From contig OY769902.1 in the NCBI GenBank assembly GCA_963669175.1, forward strand, positions 2,592,001-2,656,000: a DNA stretch of 64,000 nt, given 5' to 3'. Shown here in pieces: positions 54,001 to 59,284 of the stretch; the first letter of the stretch is position 1; each line of letters begins with the position of its first letter. The position numbers and the translations under genes were made by a program. This stretch comes from a bacterium (GTDB lineage Bacteria > Electryoneota > Electryoneia > Electryoneales > Electryoneaceae). The notes under the pieces were generated by a model, which worked only from the letters and a program-made list of their open reading frames with translations, had not been told where the DNA came from and made no database searches.

Positions 54001-54737
54001 ACATAGCCATCATTGTAAAGAATCAACAGACCACCGGTTTGCGCCATGTTTTCGATACCGATAGTCGCTGAATTCAGCGTACCGGTCATAGAAGCATACT
54101 GGAATTTTATCCGGCTGTCCGGATAGATAATCACTTCGAAAGTGTAGCGCGATGTTGAGTCGGTTCCTGCCAGGACATGACGGCGTACGTTCTCCCACTG
54201 GACGATGAAGGAGTCTGCCGTGCTGTAATAATAAATGTCGCCGCCGTTGGCGTAATGGACAGCGATATCATCCCACCAGGGAGCGATCATGGCGGCGGGA
54301 CCATCGGTTGAAGGGATAAAGGAGTTGGACCAGTCGGAGTCTGAAGCTCCGAAATGAATGTTACCGTTGCTGGAAATGTTTACCTGGTTGTAATAATCGC
54401 CATAGAACCAGAATGGGAATAGCAGGTTGATGAGCTGAGTGCCATCATCCGTATCAGTAATGGTAGCCTGTTCGCCAACACCGGATACATCGACCCAGGC
54501 ATAGGTCGGGCCGTTCAGCTCGTTCGAATCCCGCCAACGGTAGCCCCAATAATCGGGACCGCCCCAGTCATCCAGTTCATCCGGCGACACGCCCTGACCG
54601 TCCGCAACCGTACTCCCCTTGGGCAGATTTTCCCACTGGGCAAAATCCGATGCCGAAAAAGAGTTTTGTGCACGAACGGTCGTAGCAAGCAGTGACGTCA
54701 GAATCACCAGGGCTACGAACCCCTTCGCAAACTTCAT
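39069..54737 (-). CDS. Giant (~5,220 aa) secreted surface protein: two NIDO-like domains, ~42 tandem Ig/FN3-like repeats and a C-terminal T9SS-type-A/FlgD-like sorting domain
   Basis: GGGAGG RBS before ATG 54737; signal peptide (..VRA|Q); ~100-aa repeats P..F.L..P...LTW....DPD.GD...Y...YW.V.A.D; C-terminal YPNPFN...IYN.LGQ.V...G.YFLRM. Confidence 0.9.
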   Translation of the reverse strand: MKFAKGFVALVILTSLLATTVRAQNSFSASDFAQWENLPKGSTVADGQGVSPDELDDWGGPDYWGYRWRDSNELNGPTYAWVDVSGVGEQATITDTDDGTQLINLLFPFWFYGDYYNQVNISSNGNIHFGASDSDWSNSFIPSTDGPAAMIAPWWDDIAVHYANGGDIYYYSTADSFIVQWENVRRHVLAGTDSTSRYTFEVIIYPDSRIKFQYASMTGTLNSATIGIENMAQTGGLLILYNDGYVENNLAIEIYGRPLPFTLGTPADGFVSGSTTLDLTWNPSLNPDPTENLTYNVFASTDPTDMGVAVATGIADTFYNFTGLDDATYYWTILANDSESPGTQADDTLSFHITVPEPPSAFNLLTPTDGNTEGSTTPTLTWSASVDPDAGDVVTYNIIYSIGDATFADPDSITGINATSYTFPDGTLQDDITVYWYVRAVDTNTNGTLSTRNPRDNFAYRFEIYETEAPAAFNLSGPADRVTVFDADTTLSWQSTTEPDPDDALTGYMLWVATNEAFTQNLDSVAFTPLQTTYTMGGLVSNTTYWWKVRALDGNTNGTWSDQTLSFHYYEPTSPAAFTPSSPANHSNHTTSDVTVEWNSSSDTNPANGLAIHGPDTFGYFWLDNNQPGGPNYAWVDISGTGTPSTAAVGAEQQEVVAIPFNFPFYGVEYADITIDNNGYLSFGGASDFSNSGIPGIDGPQGMIAAFWDDLQPEAIGNIYYQSMGTWFVVQYDGVQRFADAASIETFQIILFDDGRIRYQYEDVSGTLNSCTVGIENPDENDGLEVTFNANYLDDGLALEFYPYAVTYEVEWATVASFAGSTIEETVDATDYNITGCPDNQTMYWRAHATNIYNQSTTITPNTGWDFTTSQPDPPNGFNLTSPADGFVSATTDIILQWEEATDPDIGDVITYEVYITEIDGVWGAPVATNLAVNQYSFTGSFGTQYWWRIRAIDNGGLGTYSDQTWSYEIVTPTPPAAFNVSSPAIGTEFANLTPTVVWRQTTDNDPGDAVNYNVIWSLNDATFSNPDSVTGLSDTTYTFTAGDLADDATVYWYVRATDSNTNGRNSNQNPNNNNTWSFTTNVPDVPNPFGLVSPANNGTPNTAAVTLQWQAATDPDPGDNITYEVYVATTPGGFGGPTAAGLNTTQYVFNGTDNQQYYWKVRAVDTNSAGTWSTETWTFTIVEPDPPNAFDLTGPANGSTLQTTTPTLTWDAATDPDAGDVITYNLVYSVGDATFSDPDSVTGLTNATYTFGAGTLSDDITLYWYVRAVDTNTNGTLSSQNPNNGNTWSFSIAVDEAPSAFNLLTPADGTTSLNTTVSLTWQASSDPDPGDNVTYDVYVSENQATVQNLASRVATGLNVTNLDYAGVDNHVYYWQIQAIDTDGNSTWSSQQWDFSIGVPDPPDAFNLTGPLDNATVTSATPTLTWETTTDPDIGDNVTYNVIWAVNDPTFADPDSAVGLATATYTFSAGILADDQPVYWYVRAVDTNTNGRLSTQNPNDGTTWHFDMNVPEPPAVFDLVSPADGVYIEGLTANLEWDATTDPDPGDIINYEVYVSTDQATVQNIANRVAQSLSVVTYAFNGAEDQTYYWTIRAVDTGNNGTWASTTRSFTFGVSETPDAFSLMAPTDGETVTTTTPILSWQTATDPDPGDVVTYNVIWSRNDATFSSPDSATGIATANYTFSSGSINDGDQVYWYVRAVDTNTNGRLSTQNPNDGTTWSFDVAIAEAPVAFDLTAPANGITLAATTVDLEWNASSDPDPGDVITYDVYLSTDPGTLMNPGSRIAQGVSNTFYTFNGTEDQTYYWRIKAIDSNSPGTWSNQAWSFTFSIPEQPTAFNLLTPINMAAMNTLTPTLTWQQSTDPDPGDAVSYTLYYSINDASFAAPTTITGLTNETWSFPAGILVDEDVVHWYVHAVDNNTAGTLSTPNPVDGTARQFEITIVDAPSSFSLLGPANGSTTTSTSVVFTWQESTDPDAGDVVTYDVYVSQDLLTLQDVGNRVAQGLSAETYTFNGQDDNSYFWQVKAVDTNSPGTWSTEQWDFSISNPEQPTAFDLQTPSDGITVNTTTPTLTWDVSTDPDAGDNVTYRVIWSVDDATFSSPDSVTGLTATSYTFSAGNLPDNSTVHWYVRAIDTNTNGRLSTRNPRDNTAYSFNILVPEQPSSFALLSPADGSLSPSTSVTLNWEASVDPDPGDAVTYEVYISSNQATVTDPASRVAQNVVSTSYTYNGTDNSQYFWTIKAVDMNTTGRWATQTWDFSVGVADPPSEFALIGPADGSTILDTTEVNFVWEQATDPDAGDVVTYRLYYSIGDINFTNPTVISGISDTTYTLAPGILEDGHQVYWYVRAYDTNSGTYTASTPAPSNGIPWKFDIYITDAPEPFNLVSPINNSTTGNHIVTLTWRDTEDPDGNHTPTFDVYLASDTTGGLRIPANRIVNGWSDTTYTFIGDDDSTYYWTVYATDNNTVGTWANQAWRFTIGEAESPTAFDLISPTNGATMGTTSPTLTWRRSTDPDPGDNVTYRLYWSVNDPTFASPAFVSGLTDTVYTFPGGVLNDDVTYYWYVLAMDGNTAGTPSNQSPQNGNPYRFDVYVNDTPAAFSLLSPVNNYISPSTSVTLTWEASSESDPGDNLTYSVYLSTNLADLGQPFTRVAQGLTNTTHTLTLTDDLTYYWQVKAVDTNTAGTISNETWQFSIGVPDAPSAFALVSPAAGVVLTTTTPTLTWERSTDPDPGDALTYTVYWSISDPSFTTPAFTAGLTDTSYTFPAGILNDHETVYWYVKAVDTNSAGTRSTPNPIDGTARSFEIYIIDSPSAFNLLTPDQADTVTSLDAQLSWEESVDPDVGDIVTYNVYVSFDLGTLGNPATLIASGLDTTGYTFHGVEDTLYYWTVKAVDTNSPGTWADEVRSFRIAIPERPTPFNLGSPANNIILQTMTPTLTWHPSTDADPGDVVTYTVLYTIGDPLFISPVEITGLADTSYTFAAGMLSDNNTVYWYVKAVDLNSEGRRSNQNPIDNTAYRFHLVVPEPPAAFTLLSPSDGTVATTQNVTLTWESTTDPDPGDVVTYSLYVSTLRNNLGTPVISGYAGTSYVYSGDDDSTYYWAVVATDGNTAGTWSDDTLSFSYSIPDQPAAFQLLTPSNNGVVADTLPTLTWQDAIDPDPGDVVTYTLQYDFNADFSTATEVAGLTTTSYTLPTPLYDGATVFWRVRAVDTNTAGTWAGPPSYFQFDVFVQDVPNPFNLVSPANNGLSNPDGSVTLVWENNGDPDLGHEVVYTVYVASQPDMSDAVSFGPYPEGTFPTLNQFWMQDDSTYYWRVWAQDEVLADGRWSNEIWAFTMHEPELPYAFDLLTPANGDTSFDGSPTFTWENNGDPDPNQLVTYTLHLGQDAAFNNRSVYGPYDEDVFPTISEPWMVDGGRYWWKVYAHDAEGDSVQSAQTWSFRIYIPEPPSAFNRVYPPDDGQVEDLDPTLTWQRATDPDPGDQITYTLEWSFNSDFSNLTTVTGLADTFYTYPVGQLFDDARVYWRVRAVDRNSGTGTWAGPTASWSFTVYVHEQPYAFSLLTPADGSILDPSPSVILEWENNGDPDPNQGVSYELQVAENSNFTGSALYGPFNEGEFPTLDQLVLDDDTQYWWRVVATDEWTGGHVWSTETWTFFIYSPEVPLPFDLVSPDSGVTVPNLGPTLIWEATTDPDPGESVTYTLQYAFNAGFVPSTSIADLTDPVYTFTEAELLNSMEEMLGDEELDELLPDDVTVYWRVRAIDDSGRSRLSGPSAYWTFYVFVQDPPNAFSLISPANDDTNTTGSVTFRWENQNDPDPGQNVTYTLHLSENPWFSSPDVYGPYTENDFPTFTPPILEDDMRYWWKVYAHDEVSGDSIVSNQAWSFWVYIPEPPGAFDRLSPAHLAEVNTLGPTLMWESAPEYDSSDSVSYTMEWAFLPDFTGSDSVTSLVDTFYTFENTTLMNAYREQFGGDDNDLDELLPDNVTVFWRVRAVDTNTNGTWAGPTPFWAFDIYWQQMPYPFALISPVLGDTSFDGSVTFEWENNGDPDPGQSVIYSIHVCDDITFDSDIQYLGTYAEGETPTVTPAWLEDDKQYWWRVFAHDEVLGDSLASTDTSTFRTYFPELPAAFDLVSPEDSSTVNTLGPTLVWHASSDPDPDDTLTYRVIWGLTPQLPGSNVITGITDTTYTFTEEEISAVIREEYGSDGEGELDELLPDDVTIYWRVHATDRNTAGTLSGPAEYWQFDVYVSESPSAFSLLSPLDMDTVWVDTVQLTWEASFDPDPDNEVAYDLLVKTDLDTAFAVIATGLTDTTCILDSLQDDRIYQWTVYAQDSNTPGIWANDTLTFSTYFPEPPADFSLLQPADSVEIHTSVVNLRWEEAPDPDPDNQVTYDVYMEIDGGHGGLIASELDTNSFDWTLPADDAEITWRVYARDTNTQGTWSSNTFTMFINKHEPPLPFSLLSPDSSERLETHSPTVVWESTIDPDPYDWVTYTLVWSVNDPTFLLPDSIANLDDTTFTFTSTMLNTGNNGSQSNTGITDLDQVSFRAGNTAGSGKKQYTGLASTGSSTRSQTYSTSLSGFGSSTVQQTGSLTNELDSFVDDVTVYWYVRAVDQNSNGRLSNQNPVDNTLINFVIDIPEPPEPFNLLLPSHNREINTESVVFRWEQTEDPDPNDPVTYEIYISEDPDSMGNPVASGLRSTNYTWFGGEDDVRYYWTVRAVDSNSEGRMASQTWRFFMRLPNPPLTFNLAAPDSGALLYELTPTITWFATTDPDPGDDITYTLYFADNPDFYDADSIYALSDTSVTIPDDFPFFERLLENNDGGQLLGVSPVEEIVSLQPRKQSAKQSSAKKKQQPSLSQVALVQETGTVKVASVSGELNEGDASATVYWRVKAYDSNSDGTWCTPEEGWTFDLFILQPPEPFDLISPPFGMVSTTDEITFEWGAGHDESNADSITYILELSTSSSFVNAQRYTVGSALSYTVTDLDDDVSYWWRVKARDTINRESRSNQVWTVATSFPNPPTSFALLEPADSAIVPWTIPHEMRFAWQQSVDPDPEEAELLRYSITLDLYLQGAIDTSVTFRELEEHAQLIDIVDSLGLTSWTGHLEINWYVDAISGGDTVRSFNGWTVFLDGPQQESPWGDNEIPTEYTVAATYPNPFNARLMIVVALPNAGRVSFDIYNTLGQKVTSIPEREYRQGYHQISWEATNLAAGMYFLRMNAPHGGGKVRRIIYAP

Positions 54738-55343
54738 ACAACCTCCCGCTCCGAGAGACCGGAACACCCGCAGGTCGTCCATCCTGCGGCAAGAGTTACC
54801 GCGTTTGGCCGCAAACAGGTATCAAACCTGCTTTCCCGGTACGTTGCCCACCACGTATCGGGAATTCTTGTTGCCCTGTTTGACATTTGAACGTAATTCA
54901 AGCTCAGTCAAGAGTTTACGTTGGGTTGGTAATGCGTCTGTCCCGTCTGCAAGTACCCAACTCCACTCCATGGCCGAGCATGCCAAACGCTTGATGTTTC
55001 GATACTCAGAGCAAATATGACTCCGAAACTGCATGGTTTTGCTGATTGAAACGCTTTTCTCCGTCTGTGATATGAGCAATCTCAACCATTTATACTTTCG
55101 GCTGATCAGGATGAGAAGTTGTGCTTCGTTTCTGCTTCCCTGCAATTTTTTGTTGGTATACTAAGAGATGTGGCCCACCTTCGGTGGACTTTGAATTGTT
55201 TTTGCGAATTCGCTCTTTATCGGACTCTTCTTATATTCTGTTCTTTTTGTAAAATAAACATACACTTAACTATACTAAACTAGGTAGGAAAGGGGTGGAG
55301 AAATGTGATAAATATCACTGTGGTGAATATCGTTGGAGTCGAT

Positions 55344-58300
55344 TCAGCGAACGACACCCAGTGGGAAATCAACATCGCGGACGTAGGTATGAGGGAATTG
55401 TGTTTTGTACCGGTATTCATGGGTTAATTCCGGTACACGGTTGAGCAGGTATGTTTCAAGCTCTTTCAGGTTGACCAGGTTGTCATGGTTTGCATCAGCC
55501 TGTCCTGCCAGTCCTTCCAGAACGGAATAGGTGAAGACGCCATGTCCAAGCTTTGTGTATTCGTAGGTGTAATCATTCGCGCCTGTTGCCGCCAACACGG
55601 CTACACCTGCTGTTCTACCCATGTTGTAGAACGCGTTGATGGCTCGTTCAGAACGGCAGGCATCGAGGATGAGAAGCTGACGCTGTGCCGGGATGCGGGC
55701 TGTCCAGGTTTGCAACATCTGGGCGGAAATGCCGATCTGGCGAATCTGGGCGTCGTTTTGATAGAGCTGTTGAATATTATAGGGAACCATGAAAAACTCA
55801 TCATCGCGTCCCTGTTTCTGTTCGGTTACCACCCCATGACCGGAATAGAAGAAGATAAACAAATCCTGCGGTTTGGCCTGCTGAGCGATCCAGTCGAAAA
55901 TCGCTTCCACTGAATCCCGTGAAACGTCACGATTGTACAGCTCAATATGCTTTACATCGGTGAAAACACCCTGCCCATAGTGAAAAATGGCTTCGGCAAA
56001 AGCCCGGGCGTCCTCAACGGCGTATTCCAGTTCATATAACGGGTTGACGTATTTATCAACGCCAGCGGTGACCACGAACAGTCGCGTCTCTTTGAAGATA
56101 TTCTCGGTATGCAGCACCATTTCCGCATTATGGGAAGGTGTCCACAGACGGTTCAGGGCAAGCGCCTGCAACTGGTTCGGACCGGGGAGCAGGCTGACGA
56201 CATAGGGAATGGTCAGGGTGGCGCCGCGTTGGGTGGCCCAGTTTTCAATCCTGTCCTCAAACTGTTTTCTCGGCGCTACCAGTTTACCATTGTTGTAAAG
56301 AAAAACAGCGTCTATGCCACCGCCTGTATCCGTTACTTCTACCAGAACCGTGACAGTGTCCTGCGAAAGTACTTCATTTTCGAAGGTGTATTTGAATTTT
56401 ACCACGGGGGGGCTGTCAACACGCTTGGTCAGAAGACTTTCACCCTCAAGTCTTTTCAGAATATCTTCAACTGGATCACCGGTCTGGATAATCTCGGAAA
56501 GGATATCCGGCCGGTAGAAGAACTCTGCCAGTTGATCGGCGTCGAAAATGGTTGCGTTGTGGTTCAATCCACGACTGACATGCCACTTGAAGTATTTCTC
56601 CGAACCGGGTTCGCAGTCGTAGTAACCATCCGGTGACCACAAAATCCTGTGAGAATCATCTGTGATAAACAGGGTGGTTAAGGGTTGAACATCGATCACC
56701 ATACGTTCCAGGGTTATCCTATATAGCGTCGCGGATTCGCCCATGGCTTCGAGCTGTTGGATAACATCCAGCCATGCTTTTCTTTGGGGCACTCTGGCCA
56801 GCGAATCAAGACCGGCTTTTTTTATTGGTCCCAGTTGGCCTCGTCCCAGGAAAGTGTCCCATATGGTTGGAAAGTTCTCGTCAAGGTTCTTATCAATCGC
56901 CAGCAGATTCCAGGATTGAATCATGTGATTGTTAAGAAGAGTGTAAAGCCTGGTTTGGTCCGGCGATACAGCCATGTCAACAACTTCCCCCTGACCGCCA
57001 TTCAAATTGGCGATGTGCTGCCCGGAGAAGTCATAAACACCTACTGTACTGTTTCCGAGATCAATAATAGCCCAACGGTTTTGAGCGATCGTAAATACCC
57101 CGGCAGGACCGGCAAGATGCTTATACTCCGCAGCACGGAGTGAATCCCGGAACAACACAAAAACAGTGTCCATTCGTCCGGCAATATACCGCACCGGGAG
57201 GGGAAGGATTTCTGTATCAACCACATCAGGCGATGCAGACAATGTGTACTCAGGAAAATCAGACTGCGGCTCGGGCACGGATAATACCGGTTCCGGCTCC
57301 GGGGCGGCAATGGAATGATCTTCACTTGTCCTTTCAGAAGGCGCAGAACCTTGTGGAATTGAATCCAGAACATTCTGGTATCGTGCTGTAGTATTGGACG
57401 GGATGCCACTGTTGTAGAACGTACGTTCGGGAAGGATCAGGATGTCATTTTCATCAACCGGTCGCAGTTCCATCTGCATATCCCATATGACATCATCGTG
57501 TGATCTGCCATTGGCTTTACCTGCTGGATACAGTTCATGATTGAGATAATTGAATTCCAGTCGATCTGTTGCATCCGTGGCAAGCTGAATGGACCCATTA
57601 ACGGCAGAAATCCCGGAAAAAGGATACACTTTTCCGGAAAGCTGTGAAGCAAGAAAAGGCGCATTGTCGCGTAGCGCCCAGATACAGATGTCAAAGGAAC
57701 CTTCGCCAGCGCTGGCAATTACATCGTCTTCAAGAAAAACAACCGTGTGAACGGTTCCGCCATGAACCCGCTGTTCCGCTACAAAGCGAAAACCTGAATG
57801 AGAGCGTTGAAAGAAGGCAATGGACGGATCATTCCCAAAACCATGTCCACCGCAGACCAGCCAGTCACCCTCAGGCGACAGGGATACTGTTTCCGGAATA
57901 AAAGAGGTTCGGAGTTCCTGGCGGATTGTGAAAGAACGGTCAAGGATGACCAGGCTGCCGTTCTGACAAGCCAATACTATGGTTTTTTCATTATCTCCGA
58001 CAGAAAGGCAGTTGATGCCAAGTTCATCCACCAGCAGGCTGTCTACAGCTCGTGATTCTCCTGTTTGCCATCGTTTGATCCAGCCATCCTGCGAGGTTGA
58101 TATCAATCCATCATGAGTGCAGTGAATTCCGGTTATTGCGGCCGAATGTGCCAGGAAACGCGAGGATTTCAGATTGTAGCGAAGATCCCAGCCAATAATT
58201 TTTCCGTTATGCCCCCCGGAGTACAGCATAATACCGTCATTGTCAAACGACAGGGCGCTGATAAGCCCCCGATTGGCAGTAGCATCACTCAGCAAATCCA

Positions 58301-58688
58301 TTTGCTCCAGTGATTTTGTGCTGTGCAGCCGGATACTTGTACTTCCATGGTAAACACTGGGCAGGAAACCTGCTGTAGCGAAGATGTGACGGTCTGGAGA
58401 CAGGGCAAGAACGTGATACTGACCATCAACGCCGGAATCAATCTTGCCTGAAATGACTTTCTTCTGTCTGTTATTCCAATAATCCCACAGGATGATTGTC
58501 TTGTCGTCACTGGCTGATAGCAGTCGGCTGTTTCCAAGACTGACCAGGGCGCGAACAGGACCAGCGTGGCCTTCAGGATGGATTAAAAGTTCCCCTTTGG
58601 GCTGATCGCCGAAAAGAGATGCGGGTATGAGCAAGAGAAGAAGTACAGAGAATAAAATTGTGTGTGCGAGATATCGATGTGTGATCAT
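55344..58688 (-). CDS. Secreted WD40-repeat protein with C-terminal caspase-like (peptidase C14) domain
   Basis: Signal peptide, GH...S.S.D.TI..WD repeats, an Ig-like linker (DTGGGI) and the catalytic dyad in FFYSGHG and ILDACRS. Confidence 0.88.
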   Translation of the reverse strand: MITHRYLAHTILFSVLLLLLIPASLFGDQPKGELLIHPEGHAGPVRALVSLGNSRLLSASDDKTIILWDYWNNRQKKVISGKIDSGVDGQYHVLALSPDRHIFATAGFLPSVYHGSTSIRLHSTKSLEQMDLLSDATANRGLISALSFDNDGIMLYSGGHNGKIIGWDLRYNLKSSRFLAHSAAITGIHCTHDGLISTSQDGWIKRWQTGESRAVDSLLVDELGINCLSVGDNEKTIVLACQNGSLVILDRSFTIRQELRTSFIPETVSLSPEGDWLVCGGHGFGNDPSIAFFQRSHSGFRFVAEQRVHGGTVHTVVFLEDDVIASAGEGSFDICIWALRDNAPFLASQLSGKVYPFSGISAVNGSIQLATDATDRLEFNYLNHELYPAGKANGRSHDDVIWDMQMELRPVDENDILILPERTFYNSGIPSNTTARYQNVLDSIPQGSAPSERTSEDHSIAAPEPEPVLSVPEPQSDFPEYTLSASPDVVDTEILPLPVRYIAGRMDTVFVLFRDSLRAAEYKHLAGPAGVFTIAQNRWAIIDLGNSTVGVYDFSGQHIANLNGGQGEVVDMAVSPDQTRLYTLLNNHMIQSWNLLAIDKNLDENFPTIWDTFLGRGQLGPIKKAGLDSLARVPQRKAWLDVIQQLEAMGESATLYRITLERMVIDVQPLTTLFITDDSHRILWSPDGYYDCEPGSEKYFKWHVSRGLNHNATIFDADQLAEFFYRPDILSEIIQTGDPVEDILKRLEGESLLTKRVDSPPVVKFKYTFENEVLSQDTVTVLVEVTDTGGGIDAVFLYNNGKLVAPRKQFEDRIENWATQRGATLTIPYVVSLLPGPNQLQALALNRLWTPSHNAEMVLHTENIFKETRLFVVTAGVDKYVNPLYELEYAVEDARAFAEAIFHYGQGVFTDVKHIELYNRDVSRDSVEAIFDWIAQQAKPQDLFIFFYSGHGVVTEQKQGRDDEFFMVPYNIQQLYQNDAQIRQIGISAQMLQTWTARIPAQRQLLILDACRSERAINAFYNMGRTAGVAVLAATGANDYTYEYTKLGHGVFTYSVLEGLAGQADANHDNLVNLKELETYLLNRVPELTHEYRYKTQFPHTYVRDVDFPLGVVR

Positions 58689-58707
58689 GTTGTTTGATTA
58701 CTCCCTG

Positions 58708-59199
58708 TCAAGTCGAAACAGATCCGTCCTGGATAGCAAAACGATCTGGTGGTATTAACTGACCAAGCGCCAGAAGCTTTCGGTCCGCTTCTGCGAGGGG
58801 GAAAGTGTAGATGTCTTCAGGGCTGACCCACCTGAAATCAGATACACCGAGCAGGGTTGGCCGACCATTATGATGGCGTGCATGTAGACCAATCAGGGTA
58901 ATTTCCTTGTCTTCATACTTGTGTTTGACACGGGCGAATTCCGGCCCGGGTTCAACGATAATATCAAGTTCTTCCCGAATTTCACGAACCAGCGCCAGAT
59001 CCGGGCTTTCCCCCGGTTCCATTTTTCCGCCGGGAAATTCCCACAAACCGCCATGTTCAGCGCTCAAGGGACGCATCGTAGTGAGTATTTTGCCATCCTG
59101 TCGCCAGATCAAACCAGCGACTACCTCAATGTGAGGAAGACTGTTCGTTTCGTGATCTTCGAAGTCTGACAAGGGAAACACCTTCTCTGTTGCTTGCAA
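58708..59199 (-). CDS. Nudix hydrolase, MutT/NudG-like
   Basis: WEFPGGK.E.GE.....LVREIREEL Nudix box, H.Y and F..AD; the start codon is uncertain. Confidence 0.85.
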   Translation of the reverse strand: MQATEKVFPLSDFEDHETNSLPHIEVVAGLIWRQDGKILTTMRPLSAEHGGLWEFPGGKMEPGESPDLALVREIREELDIIVEPGPEFARVKHKYEDKEITLIGLHARHHNGRPTLLGVSDFRWVSPEDIYTFPLAEADRKLLALGQLIPPDRFAIQDGSVST

Positions 59200-59284
59200 A
59201 AAGGCAAAATAAACAAAAATCTCTCAATGTCCAATTGCCTTAATCGGAAAGGGATACAACTCTGGGATTATCGGAACGGTCAGC

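Noticed and set aside
39069-54737. CRISPR array or DGR-like repeats in the giant gene
   Set aside because: The repeats are protein-level, diverged and in-frame; there are no identical direct repeats with spacers and no cas or reverse transcriptase gene.
54738-55343. Riboswitch upstream of the giant gene
   Set aside because: Several short hairpins are present (e.g. CCGCAGG/CCTGCGG) but I could not match a c-di-GMP or other known consensus.
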